From NCBI RefSeq assembly GCF_009834535.1, contig NC_045702.1:15810001-15874000 (forward strand): a stretch of DNA of 64,000 nt, written 5' to 3'. The translations under genes were made by a program, and so were the position numbers. The notes under the pieces are model-generated. The model was not told the origin of the DNA. It was given only the letters and a program-made list of their open reading frames with translations, and did no database searches. This DNA comes from Camelus ferus. Taxonomy: Eukaryota. This document shows positions 26,384 to 38,692 of this stretch, in pieces. Within the stretch, counting starts at the first letter, position 1. Each line of letters begins with the position of its first letter.

Positions 26384-28529
26384 CTCTGGGGATAATATAT
26401 TTCCTAAATTCTTTAATAGCCCACTCTCAGCAAGAGATAGATCACCCAAACAGGAATCAATAAAGAAACGGCAGATCTGAATAACACTGTAGGCCAAATG
26501 GACCTAACAAACCCGCACAGAACATTCCATCCAGCGGCAGCAGAACACACATTCTTCTCAAGCACATACAGAACATTTTCTAGGACAGATAATTTGCTAG
26601 GTCACAAAGCAAGCCTCAATAAATTCAAGAAGATAGAATTTTTATCAAGTATCTTTTTTGACCACAATGGTATGAAACTAGAATCAATAATAGGAAGAAA
26701 GTCAGAAAATTTACAGATACATGGAAGAGCTGGTTCTTTGAAAAGATGAACAAAATTGACAAATTTTTAGCTGGACTAAAGAAGAAAGAGAAGACTCAAA
26801 TAAAAATTATAAATGAAAGAGAAGATATTAATCAGATATCACAGAAATAAAGAGGATCAAAACAGACTATCATGAACATTTATATGCCATCAAATTGGAT
26901 GAACTAGAAGAAATGGATAAATTCCTAGAAACATATAACCTACCAAGACTGGATCATGAAAAAATATAAAATTTGAACAGACTAATAATGAGTAAAGGAA
27001 TTGATGCAGTAATCACNNNNNNNNNNNNNNNNNNNNNNNNNNNNNNNNNNNNNNNNNNNNNNNNNNNNNNNNNNNNNNNNNNNNNNNNNNNNNNNNNNNN
27101 NNNNNNNNNNNNNNNNNNNNNNNNNNNNNNNNNNNNNNNNNNNNNNNNNNGACCAGTGTTACCCTAATACCAAAGCCGGACAAAGACACTGCAAGAACAG
27201 AAAACTACAGGTCAATATCTCTAAGGAATACAAACGTAAAAATTCTCAACAAAATATTAGCAAACTAAATTCAACAGCACATTATAAGGATCATGCACCA
27301 TGATTAAGTGGGGTTCATCAGTGTATGCAAATCAATAAATATGGTACATCCCATTAATAAATGAAAGATAAAGGTCATATGATAATCTCAATAGATACAA
27401 AAAAAAGCATCTGACAAAATTCAACATCCAATCATGATAAAAACTCTCAACAAGTTGCGTACAGAGGGAACATACCTCTGCATAGAAAAAGGCTATATAT
27501 GACAAACCCACAGCTAACACTGTACTCAATGGTAAAAGGCTGAAAGTTTTTCCTTTAAGATCAGGAATAAGACAAGGGTGCCCACTCTAACTATTGCTAT
27601 TCAACACAGCCTAGAAGTCCTAGACAGAGCAGTCAGGCAAGAGAAAGAAAAAGAAAAACAAGGCATCTGAATTGAAAAGGAAGGAGTAAAACTGCCTCTG
27701 TTTGCAGATGACATGATCTTACACATAGAAAACCCTAAGATTCCACTGAAAAACTACTAGAGCTAATAAATGAATTCAGTAAAGTTGCAGGTTACAAAAT
27801 CAACATACAGAAATCAGCTGTGTTTCTCTACACCAACAACAAAATACCTGAAAAAGATGTAAACAACCCCATTCACANNNNNNNNNNNNNNNNNNNNNNN
27901 NNNNNNNNNNNNNNNNNNNNNNNNNNNNNNNNNNNNNNNNNNNNNNNNNNNNNNNNNNNNNNNNNNNNNNNNNNNNNNNNNNNNNNNNNNNNNNNNNNNN
28001 NNNNNNNNNNNNNNNNNNNNAAAGCATTAATACTGTCAAAATATCCATACTCTCCAAAGCTATCTCTAGATTCAAGGCAATCTCTATTAAAATTCCAATG
28101 GCCTTTTTTTATGGAAATAAAAAAAAAAACCAATCCTAAAATTCATATGGAACTACAAAATACTCTGCAGACAAAGGAGCCAAGAATACTCATTGAGGAA
28201 AAGACAGTCTCTTCAATAAACGGTGTTGGGAAAACCGGATATTCACATCCGGAAGAATGAAACGGGACNNNNNNNNNNNNNNNNNNNNNNNNNNNNNNNN
28301 NNNNNNNNNNNNNNNNNNNNNNNNNNNNNNNNNNNNNNNNNNNNNNNNNNNNNNNNNNNNNNNNNNNNNNNNNNNNNNNNNNNNNNNNNNNNNNNNNNNN
28401 NNNNNNAGCAACAAGTGGAACAACATCAAATTAAAAAGATTCTGCCCAGTAAAAGAAACAATCAACAAAATGAAGAGGCAACCTGTGGAATGGGCGAAAA
28501 CACTTGTAATCACATATCTGATTTTTTTT

Positions 28530-28592
28530 AATTTGAAATTAATTGGCTTTATTCAACAACTCATGAATCGGGCAGCATCCCATCTAGCAAGT
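28530..28592 (-). mobile_element. ERV LTR 3'-end fragment inside the L1, running into an N gap
   Basis: Reverse strand reads tgctagatgggatgctgcccgattcatgagttgttgAATAAAgccaatta, an LTR poly(A) region and not L1 sequence. Confidence 0.5.
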
Positions 28593-29553
28593 NNNNNNNN
28601 NNNNNNNNNNNNNNNNNNNNNNNNNNNNNNNNNNNNNNNNNNNNNNNNNNNNNNNNNNNNNNNNNNNNNNNNNNNNNNNNNNNNNNNNNNNNNNNNNNNN
28701 NNNNNNNNNNNNNNNNNNNNNNNNNNNNNNNNNNNNNNNNNNNNNNNNNNNNNNNNNNNNNNNNNNNNNNNNNNNNNNNNNNNNNNNNNNNNNNNNNNNN
28801 NNNNNNNNNNNNNNNNNNNNNNNNNNNNNNNNNNNNNNNNNNNNNNNNNNNNNNNNNNNNNNNNNNNNNNNNNNNNNNNNNNNNNNNNNNNNNNNNNNNN
28901 NNNNNNNNNNNNNNNNNNNNNNNNNNNNNNNNNNNNNNNNNNNNNNNNNNNNNNNNNNNNNNNNNNNNNNNNNNNNNNNNNNNNNNNNNNNNNNNNNNNN
29001 NNNNNNNNNNNNNNNNNNNNNNNNNNNNNNNNNNNNNNNNNNNNNNNNNNNNNNNNNNNNNNNNAGGTAACTGCACCCCATGTTCACTGCAGCATTATTT
29101 ATCACAGGCAGGACATGGAAGCCACATATGGGTCCATCTAGGGACAAATGGATAAAGAAAATGTGATATGATACATGATACATACACACACATATCTATA
29201 CACACAAAGGAATATTATTNNNNNNNNNNNNNNNNNNNNNNNNNNNNNNNNNNNNNNNNNNNNNNNNNNNNNNNNNNNNNNNNNNNNNNNNNNNNNNNNN
29301 NNNNNNNNNNNNNNNNNNNNNNNNNNNNNNNNNNNNNNNNNNNNNNNNNNNNNNNNNNNNNNNNNNNNNNAGAGTAGACTGGTGATTGCCAGGGATGGAG
29401 GTTAAGGTAAATGGGTGATGGTGGTCAAAGGGTATAAACTTCTAGTCATAAGAGGAATAAGTTCTGGGGACCTAATGTACAGCATGGTAACTATAGTTAA
29501 CAACACTGTATTGCATACCTGAAAGTTGCTAAGAGAGTAGATCTTAAAAGTTC

Positions 29554-29846
29554 AAACGGAGGAGGGAGGTGGGAAGGGATAAACTGGGAGTTTGAGATTT
29601 GCAGATATTGACTGGTGCATATAAAATAGCTAAACAAGTTTATACTGTATAGCACAGGGAAATACATTCAATATCTTATAATAGCTCACAGTGAAAAAGA
29701 ACACGAAAATGAGTATATGTATATTCATGTATGACTGAAGAATTGTGCTGTACATCAGAAACTGACACATTGTAAACTTGACTATAACTTAATAAAAAAA
29801 AAATTATTAAAAAAAAAAGCTCAAGTTCTACATGACCAAAAAAAAA
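29554..29846 (+). mobile_element. Young camelid-type L1 3' end inserted into the older L1 3' UTR
   Basis: gggaagggataaactgggagtttgagatttgcagat ... A-rich tail; TSD aaaagttc at 29546-29553 and 29843-29850 in a TT|AAAA site. Confidence 0.85.
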
Positions 29847-31269
29847 GTTCTCAACACATACACACACACATACTAAAAGGTAACCATGTGAGCAGTGGAT
29901 GTGTTAACTAATCCTACTGTGGTAATCATTTCACAATATATACACATATCAAATTATCACACTGTACACTTTAAATTTACACAATGTTCTTTGTCAATTA
30001 TATCTCAATCAAGCTGGGAAAGAAGTCTCATCAATTCATAATCTGCTGGGCCAAACAGTACTTTGATTTGTCCCATAATTTCTACCTCTCTGGTGTAAAC
30101 AGGGCAGCCCTTTTACATTAGTACTTCAGAATCCAGTATACTTGATTATCACTGTTTTGCATAAATACACCTTTCTATTTTGATGCTGTTTCTTTTAGTA
30201 ATATGCAACAACTTTACTGCCCCTTTAGACTCCAGTAAAAGGTGAACTGATGTCCTGAGAGAATCATCAACGGTAACTCCAAGCCCTCTATTTTACACAC
30301 GTAATTTGAATGTCTGGTCTCTACATTTGCCATTGGCAAAATGCAGCTGCTACTTTACTAGCCACATGTGCAGAACTGTAATAGTGCCCTGTGCTTCGGA
30401 CACGGCTGCTGGCCTCCTCCTTCACCACTGGAAGCTTTTGGCAAATCAACTATTTCATGATTTCACTGTGAAAGCTTTCTTCCAGTTCGTGTATAAAGAG
30501 CCTTAACAGCACAGGTCCAAACTCCCGTCCCTGGAGAACCTGTTCTTTACAACCTCTCCACCCTGAGAAAGGCTCACCTGCCCAGCCTTTTACTTGCTGT
30601 TTCTAGGCCAGTTCCTTGACCACTTTTGCTCCCTAAACACCTACTTCCCTCCCTGAGACTGTGCTGTAAGGGTTAATTTTTATTAGCTTTTAGAGTGGAA
30701 AACTATCAGAGGGCTACTGAGCAGCGTGTAGATCACGCCCATCTGTGCGTCTACCTGTCTGCTTATTTATTCCACTGAAAAGTTCTGATAAATTTTAGAA
30801 ACGCTTCTTCTTGTAGAAACCATAAACCCAAATATGCAATGATATCCACCTCAATTAAAGATTCTACAAGCTTGTCCAACCTGAAAGTAGCAGTCAGGAA
30901 AATCTAATCCCAGCATCCTTTCTAGATGACGTCTTTTCAGATTCGTATTCTGGAATCCACAAAACCATAGTATGACAGAATCATCATTTGGGACAATTTT
31001 TCAATTTCATTTTTAAAATTATTTTCTGATGAAAATCACACATTCACTATACAAATTATATGCTCACTGGAGAAATTTTGAAGAGCATAGAAAATAAATA
31101 TAAAGAATAAAATGAAAATCATCTGAAATTCAACCAACCAAAGAGAATCACTGTAAACATTCTGGCATATTTCCTCCTGTTATTTTTTTAAGAGTTTCAT
31201 ATTAATATTTGGATTGCACTGCATACATTCTTTTGCAGTCTCTCTTCACTTGGGCTTTTTCCTATATCC

Positions 31270-31505
31270 CTTCCTAACTTAAAATAAAAAGAAAAAAGAT
31301 AATGGGACATTTCAACATATAAAGGTTTCACTACATGAAGGGCTGCAAATGGCAAAATATCCTTCTTTCTTTTGGGTGAGCTGTATTCCATTCCATACAT
31401 ATGCTGCATCTTCTCCATTCATTCATCTATCGATGTGCACTTGGGATGCTTCCATATCTTGGCAGTTATAAATAATGTTGCTGTTAATAGTGGGGTATAT
31501 CTTTT
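31270..31505 (-). mobile_element. L1 3'-region fragment
   Basis: tattccattccatacatat...cattcattcatctatcgatg...ttccatatcttggcagttataaataatgttgc is typical reverse L1. Confidence 0.7.
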
Positions 31506-31709
31506 TGAATTAATTCTTGTTTTGTGGTTGGCTTTATTCCTTTGATAACTATGTAAGTTTAAAAAGCTAAAGCTCTAAACATTCTTAGAAACAATGAACA
31601 GTACACATATGTAAATTTTAAAAATATGTGCAGTACATTGTGTATATGTATTTACATGCAATACATTGTATATGTGCAGTCAAATTGTAACCATTCTACC
31701 TAATAAAAC

Positions 31710-31710
<1 letters not shown>

Positions 31711-31766
<56 letters not shown>
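31711..31766 (+). repeat. Perfect (GATA)14 microsatellite
   Basis: Direct count. Confidence 0.95.
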
Positions 31767-31767
<1 letters not shown>

Positions 31768-32635
31768 AAGGTTTCACTACCATTTATTCACCCATTCTCC
31801 AATTGCTGGACATTTGGGTTGCTTTAATACTTTCATGCACTGTTTTGATGAAGAATCTGTACTGTTGTACATAAGTTCTTGTCTCCGCCTTCAGGTTTGG
31901 TCACTCGCAAGAGGAAGAGATGTAGGCACGGTTTCTAAGCAATCCATCAGACGTCACCATTAGCCTGGGATGGCTTGGTTAATGGCCACAAATCCTGCAT
32001 TCTTATCTGAGGGAACTTGAACAACTAACCTAGCCCCTCATTACGTAGCCTCGTGGTGATCTGTAACTGTTTTATGTGCATGAATTAACATCCAGTGAGA
32101 CATGGAGCTCTATGAAGCCAGGGCCACTGAATAAGGCAGGGCTTTTTATAACTCATTTTAATTTTTATTCTTGGTTTTATAGTTATTTAATATTACTCTC
32201 AATTTTTTTAAAGTGAGTTTTGAAATTTCTCTATATTCTACTGCATCTGGCAAAGGAACTCTTTTGGAAACCTAACAACCACCTTTCTGGGAGGGAAAAT
32301 AAAGAGCAAAGCTTACAGGGAAAATCTGGTAAAAGATCTGAGGGACGATGGTGCCAGCTCTAGGCAAAATGCCCAGCTCCCCCTACCCGATGTCAGCTTC
32401 ACATCTTTCTCTCTTCTGCCTCTAAGCCACCAACCTCCCAGCCCCCGCACATCAGGGTTCCACCCTGGCTTCCTGTCTCCAAAATGCCATAGCTCTAAAC
32501 ATCCCATTTTCCTAGCTCTACATTTGGTAAAGTCAGCATTTGGTAAAGAAAAAAATCCAAAGCAACATAATTCACATTGAGATGGGAATAAATTACAGCC
32601 CCAACTTCCAACTCTCTATGAGTATGTACATTTTT

Positions 32636-32765
32636 GGGGGTGTGTGGGGGAGGAGTAATTAGGTTTATTTATTCATTTATTTATTGGATGGAGGTACTGG
32701 GAATTGAACCCAGGACCTCAGGCATGCTAAGCACGTGCTCTACCACTGAGCTATACCCTGCCCCC
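32636..32765 (-). mobile_element. Camelid tRNA-derived SINE (Vic-1-like)
   Basis: Reverse complement of the SINE head and tail; 16-bp TSD gagtatgtacattttt (32620-32635) / gagtatgtgcattttt (32766-32781). Confidence 0.9.
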
Positions 32766-32788
32766 GAGTATGTGCATTTTTAAATGGG

Positions 32789-32975
32789 TCACTTTTCTTT
32801 CTTTTCTTTTTTTTATTGAAGTATAGTCAGTTTACAATGTTGTGTCAATTTCTGGTGTTCAGCATAATAGTTCAGTTATACATATACATACATATATTCG
32901 TTTTCATATTCTTTTTCATTGTAGGTTACTACAACATATTGAATATAGTTCCCCATGCTGTACAGTAATAAACTT
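32789..32975 (-). mobile_element. Young camelid-type L1 3' end
   Basis: T-rich tail plus ttgaagtatagtcagtttacaatgttgtgtcaatttctggtg; same family as 29554-29846. Confidence 0.85.
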
Positions 32976-33496
32976 GTTAACTGGGTCGCTTTTCAATTCA
33001 AATGAATCTGTCATTTGTAACGTTCCTGCTAGTGTACACAGCAAAGACACTCAGGGTAACATGAGGCAAGTAGGGTTGGCGGGAGGTGGGGAGGAGGAAG
33101 TAGCAGAAGAGAGGGCAGAACATTTTCCCCTTTCCGATCTCTCAGGGTCTCTTCCAGCTGAGAGATTTATCTCTACAATGCTATCAATGATACTTAACAT
33201 TCCATAAAACTGATGACATTTTTGGTAATTAAAAAACCATTCTTTGAAAAATTCAGGTCATCCAATGGTATGGTAACCCACCTACAGATTCTCCTGCTGT
33301 GGTTTTCCTGTACCGACCACATACTAAGGAAATATCTGTCCAGGCTCAAGTTGAACTGAAATGTTACCCTGTTCAGTTGCTGCCCAAGATAGCAATCAAT
33401 TTATCAAAACATTCCCCCGGCATTTTCCATTTGTGTGAAAATATGGCCTGTTTTGCGATGGTTCTCTCTCTCCACCATCCTTCCCCTTTGGCCTAC

Positions 33497-33645
33497 CTGC
33501 ACCATGCTGTTCCCAGCGGCGATGGTGGCCCTTCTCCACATCCGCCTTCTGGTGGAAACTTCGCTGAGCAGCTGGGCCAGTTTGCGCTCCATCTCGGCTT
33601 GGAACACTTCATTCTGGAGCTGCTTCTCAACAACACCCAAGAGGA
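33497..33645 (-). CDS. KIAA1549: KIAA1549 exon 8 (VLLGVVEKQLQNEVFQAEMERKLAQLLSEVSTRRRMWRRATIAAGNSMVQ)
   Basis: aatgtag|TC CTC ... CAG|gtaggc; 149 nt; phase 1 to 0. Confidence 0.95.
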
Positions 33646-34845
33646 CTACATTTAAGATGAAACACACGCAGGCCCCCAAACAAGTTAGCAGTGGAGAAAA
33701 AAGGATGTGTGCATAAGAGAAATTAACACAGGATTACTATGAAAGGCCAGTCTCAAGAGAGGAGACGTTCAAAGGGGAAAGAGGGACGGTGAACCGGGTT
33801 CAGGAGAGTCCAGGAGGGTAGCCCACGGGTCTCCTCTCTGAAGGTTACAAAGACTGGTGGCCAGAATTCCCAGGAGCTTTGGAGCTGACAGCCCCTACAC
33901 AAGATCAAACATTTTGTCTGCACTTATTTCAACATTTCTGGAAATGGTTTGAGTTCATATCTTATCTTGACTCAAGATTTGGACTCACTAACTAACTCAA
34001 GGTAAGGGTGCCTGTCTTCAGACATTGCTGTAAACAGGATTATCTAAACAGACAATGGCTTATCAGCCTGCTATAGGAGGGGGAAAAAAGCATGTGCTTT
34101 TCAGCCAGAACTGGTTCAAATCTCCTCTGAGATAGTACCATGGGCAACTTACTTAACCACTACGAAAATTAAGGGGAAAAGGAGGCCACTGAACCATGCA
34201 AACAGGTGGGGCCTTTATATGGGATGTTGTGTGTGAAGCAACGGGAACTTGAGGGTCTGGGAATCTGTAAATGCTGACTGTCCCCAGACTACCAGCTTTC
34301 TTCCCATGACTAGTTAGTTACTCACTGTGCTGTTTACATATTGGGCACCCAGTGAGCACCTATCTTTTACACTTTTGTGTACCAGGTTAGAAAGCCTTTA
34401 TCTGCAAAACCATAGCTGTAAACATCTGACCCAAGCCCGTAAGACTTTAAAGCATGCTTCTTACTTGCTCACCAAGTTGCCTTATCTGTCCTTATAAAAC
34501 CAAATATATGAGGGTTTTAGAAAAAAAAAAAAAAAAAGAGAGACATCCTTGCTTTGCAACCTTGTCCTATTCTGGGTCAGAAGATTGTCAATTGCTATTC
34601 GACTCTGCCCTGAATTTGATGCATGAATTTTAAAGAAAGCCAGTCCTTTCTGTGCCATAACTCAGTGGGACACATTCCCACAGCCAAATATGAATCCATT
34701 TCTCATTCATTCTCTGCCAAGAATCTAAGGTACATTTTGCCCTGAATTTAGGACTCAGAAACAGGAAAGGCGATATCTTTCTCAATACCCCCACACAGAT
34801 TTCTTACTCTTGCCCTTCCCAAAACATTACATAAGTTAAACATAC

Positions 34846-34905
34846 CTGTTCTTACCCAAGAGGACTTCAACAGCTGAGATAAGTTGAGCTGCGGGTACTG
34901 GAAGG
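34846..34905 (-). CDS. KIAA1549: KIAA1549 exon 7 (PFQYPQLNLSQLLKSSWVRT)
   Basis: ctttctag|CC TTC ... ACA G|gtatgt; 60 nt; phase 1 to 1. Confidence 0.93.
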
Positions 34906-35519
34906 CTAGAAAGAGAGAAGGGTTAGAAAAGGAGAAAGATCCATAAAAACATGTTTGCAACAATCAGAATGGTAAGTGTTCCAGGGAATGCTGGGTAAGT
35001 CACAACACATGGCCTCGCCTATGCTAATTAGCTCTACAGACGGAAAAACATAGTGCCAGACTAGGGTGAAGGCAGGGACAATAAGAGGGTTCTGAGCACA
35101 TCAGTCTCCAGGAGAAAGAGGGAGAAAGAGAAAGAAAGGGCTTACTCAAGCGACATCATGGGACATTACTTCACAGAGCCCCGTAGACGTTCCCCTTGAA
35201 ATGTCACTGTTCCGGAGCAATGAGTTTTCACACTGTGTTCCTCAGCACCCTGGGATTTCCCAGCAATGACTCAGGCCGAGTAAAGTGCCCCTGTGTTCAG
35301 ATACTTACTATTTTATCCATATCTGCACTGTGTATCACTGAAAGCTGCTTTTCATAAATAACAACTTTATCCCTGCCTACTTTTGCATTTTACAGGTTAT
35401 TCTTTTTCATTTAAAAATTACCAGTACACTAAAATCCGGTAGGAATCATTAAGCCATTTGGCTGTTCCATTTTGGAAAAGAGTTTGATATCCTTTTTGCC
35501 TGACTTTAACTCTGGAATC

Positions 35520-35875
35520 TGCTGATTTTTTTTTTTTTTTTTTTTGAAGTAAACATTTCCCCACCCCTACGCCACTCCATTTGTACTGTAAATACAGGAA
35601 GGAAGGTTTTGTTTGTTTCTTTTCTTTTTCCTTTCTAACTGTACACACAGTAAAACTCACTCTTTCTGGTGTAGTGTTAATGGGCTTTGACAAATGCAAA
35701 GAGGTGTGTAACCACCACCACGATAAAGACATGGAACGCTCCCATCACCCTCCAAAATTGCTTTCTGCTTCCCTCTTGCAGTCTCGCTTTCCTCGCACCC
35801 TTCACCGCTGGCAACCACAGATCTGTCCTCGGTCCCTCTGGTTTCACCTTCTCCAGAACTGTATTGTCTGGGATC
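35520..35875 (-). mobile_element. Ancient L1 (L1MC/ME-type) 3' fragment
   Basis: gtgtaaccaccaccacgataaagacatggaac...cccatcaccctccaaa...gcaaccacagatctg. Confidence 0.6.
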
Positions 35876-36085
35876 GCACCCTTGAGTCTCTAAAGAGAAT
35901 AAAAAAGCCAGCCCGGGGGGAGGGGCGGGCTCCAGACACCTACCCTGGAGTGATCTGAGAAGCTGTAATTTTATCTGATTTACATTCTGGATTTCTGCTA
36001 ACTGTTTCATTTGAGAAAAAAAAAAAAAAAAAGGAGGTCCACCCGCAGCCACTTTCCCAGCACCCCACAGGAGAGCAGCACTCAC

Positions 36086-36269
36086 GCTCCGCGATCTGCA
36101 GCACCGGGTACCCCAGGTAGAAACTGAATTCCACCACACTCAGGTTCCTGAGCAGCTCACTCACTTCAGACCCATTCAGAAAGCCCTGCGAGCCCTTAAC
36201 CGCAAAGACGATGTTCACCGGGCCCCGCCGAGGAGCCATCCTTGAAGATCCCACGGTGATATTCAAGAT
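36086..36269 (-). CDS. KIAA1549: KIAA1549 exon 6 (ILNITVGSSR...SFYLGYPVLQIAE)
   Basis: ctctttcag|ATC TTG ... GAG C|gtgagt; 184 nt; phase 0 to 1. Confidence 0.95.
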
Positions 36270-38186
36270 CTGAAAGAGAGGCACCGGAATCAGCTTCTAA
36301 AATAAATGAAAACGTCTAGCGGAAAGCCTGACTGTGATTTCTCTCTCAAAATTTCCCTTTCCATTTTTTTTCCTTTAAGGGAGGTAACATTTTTAAAAGA
36401 AGAGTGACTGGCTTCACAACCTGGTTCTCTCCTGTAATACTTTAAACCCTCAGTTTACTAACCATGTTTTTTACATTAAGTGAGGAACTGAGCACAGGTA
36501 TTTATCACCTCTCCCTCCCCTTTTTCTTCTCACCCCAGATCCCACTGAAATAACAGTAAGATGAACAAAGGGGAATAAATCTACAACAGCACTGAGAGTA
36601 GAGGAAAACCAGATATTCTGTCAAATTATGGACGATGGAGAGAGGATGGGACCATGCTGACACAAACCAGGACAGAGGGAACCGAGACCCTAAACATACA
36701 CAGGCACAGACCACAGTCACACCGAGAGCGTTCCCCCGGGGGCCCCAGGAGGCCTGCATGGCAGAGACCCATAGGACCTGAGGCTAGCAAACTGCAGAAC
36801 AGCAACTAGGGCCGCTAAGTGACGACTGTGTGCCAACAGCTGAATCACCTGTTCTCTCCCTTTTTTTCCCCTTCTAACTTCACACCAAGGCCAACTCAGA
36901 AGGGCCAGCAGCAGCCCACCTTCACCCCAGGAGCTCAAAGAACTGTGGAAGGTGAGGAAGATAAGCTCCCTGCCTGAGAGGACCCAAGACCCACTGCAGG
37001 GTGGCTCCTAAGCAGGAAGGTGGGTGGAGATAACTGTAGTGCACACAAGAGACAAAGAAGGAAAGAGAATGAAAGAGCAGCTCTGCCACGAAAAACACAC
37101 GAACATGCTTCATCCCCAGGGTACGATCTTCTCATCCTACATGGCGGGCAGGGGATATCTGTCTGTCTGTCTCTGACCACACACTGCCGGTAACCAGGGC
37201 TCCGATGAATCTTCCCATCAGGGAACACACAGACTCTGACGCAAACACAGACTCCACAGTTGAAGGGGAAAGATGAACAGGGTGCCAAAACTAACCACCT
37301 GCTTCCTCATTCCTAAAGACAACCACCAACAGTCCACAGACGTTCACAGAAAACTAATAGCACAATGAGCGAAGGACCAAGATCAACCAAGAACAACGGC
37401 AAAGAAATAATGCAGAGAAAACAGAGGTGACTTAGGACACGAAAGACAACTTATTAGCCATTCTGATTAATATTCAAGGTGATGTTGTATCATCATTCAA
37501 GACGAGCCTGCATCATTAAAGAAAAGACTGTAAAGGAAAAAGAGCAAACAACAATGAGAAAGAGAGACGGCTAAAAGAAAATTCAAGAGGGACAGAAACA
37601 CACAATGAACACAGCTGGAGACTAAATTAATGACTTGGAGGACAAGGTTTAGAAAATCTGCTTTTTAAAAAAAAAGAATTTAAAGAAGAGATGGAAAAAA
37701 TAGGAAATATGGAAGGGGAACCCAGGAGCACCGAAATCCATTTACTATGAATTCTAGAGAGAACAAAGAATAGGGAGGAATAAATATGAAGGAAACGTAA
37801 AAACATCAGCATTTCCTTACAACACAAAGAAAGCCTGTTCTCTGACTAGTAGCTACATTTTCTGTTCTTAAAGTGAAGCACCGCAGGTCAAGGTATTCAA
37901 TACTATGAAACACCAGTGGATTCAGACACCACACCATTGGCTATTTAAGTTGATACTGTTCCCTTCTAGAACATTCTTGCTTTCCCGGCACAGGCTCATC
38001 TCTCTTCCGCTCATCATATCGGGGCTGCCCAGTTATTGAGCTACTGTGCAATCTTCAAATACGCTCAGCCTACTCGTGCTCTGTGGACTGGAGGCCGTGG
38101 AAAGGAGATGCAACCTGATCTACGTGAGCTGAAACTCCTCTGCTGGAGGGAATCAGAGTTAAGGGTGTCTTAAAACATTACGATGC

Positions 38187-38350
38187 GGGGAGGGTATAGC
38201 TTAGTGGTAGAGTGTGTGCTTAGCATTCACAAGGTCCCGGGTTCAATCCCCAGTACCTCCATTAAAATAAATAAATAGACAAACCTAATTATCACCCCCA
38301 AAGAAATTAATACAACATTGTAAACCACTATACTTCAATTTTTAAAAAAA
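38187..38350 (+). mobile_element. Camelid SINE directly followed by an approximately 40-nt L1 3' terminus and A tail
   Basis: SINE head at 38187; after ...atcaccccca comes agaaattaatacaacattgtaaaccactatacttcaa, matching the L1 ends elsewhere in the window. Confidence 0.75.
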
Positions 38351-38433
38351 GAACACTCATTTAAAAAAAATTACAAAACTAGCTCCTGTTTCAAAGACAG
38401 AGCCTCTTGCCTTGCACTGAGTGCCATTCCCAC

Positions 38434-38564
38434 CTGCACCGTGAGGTTATACGTCCCCTGCTGGTGTTTCCTCACTTCCGACAGGGCGACCATCAGGCCC
38501 TTCTCAATGCGCTGGGTGAAGTTGCAGAAGCCAGTATCCACACTCTGAGGCACAAACTGAAGTA
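38434..38564 (-). CDS. KIAA1549: KIAA1549 exon 5 (VLQFVPQSVDTGFCNFTQRIEKGLMVALSEVRKHQQGTYNLTVQ)
   Basis: cttttcag|TA CTT ... CAG|gtggga; 131 nt; phase 1 to 0. Confidence 0.95.
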
Positions 38565-38692
38565 CTGAAAAGAAGGACAGCATGACAGTCCCACGAACTA
38601 GGCATTTCTTTAACATGAAGGAATGAGGAGAGGGACAAAATAGTGTCTAAATCAACGAACTCATCCACAGTACGGGATTACGAACTATGATG

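Larger units (their letters stand above)
26410..30022 (+). mobile_element. Old 5'-truncated, internally deleted L1 (L1MA-type): ORF2 remnants plus 3' UTR, antisense to the gene, with five N gaps
   Basis: EN-domain remnant DLTNPHRTFHPAAAEHTFFSSTYRTFSRTDNLLGHKASLNKFKKIE, RT-region remnants, 3' end ...gtcaattatatctcaatcaagctg; stops and deletions throughout. Confidence 0.9.

Noticed and set aside
26973-29405. Long ORFs (up to 294 aa) in the track
   Set aside because: Mostly X residues read through N gaps; the real bases are decayed L1 ORF2.
31711-31766. Tandem repeats as a CRISPR-like array
   Set aside because: Simple tetranucleotide repeats with no spacers, in a eukaryotic intron.
33520-33550. 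TRRRMWRR as a furin site
   Set aside because: Only the minimal RxxR pattern is met (no R-x-K/R-R), so it is too weak to call from sequence.
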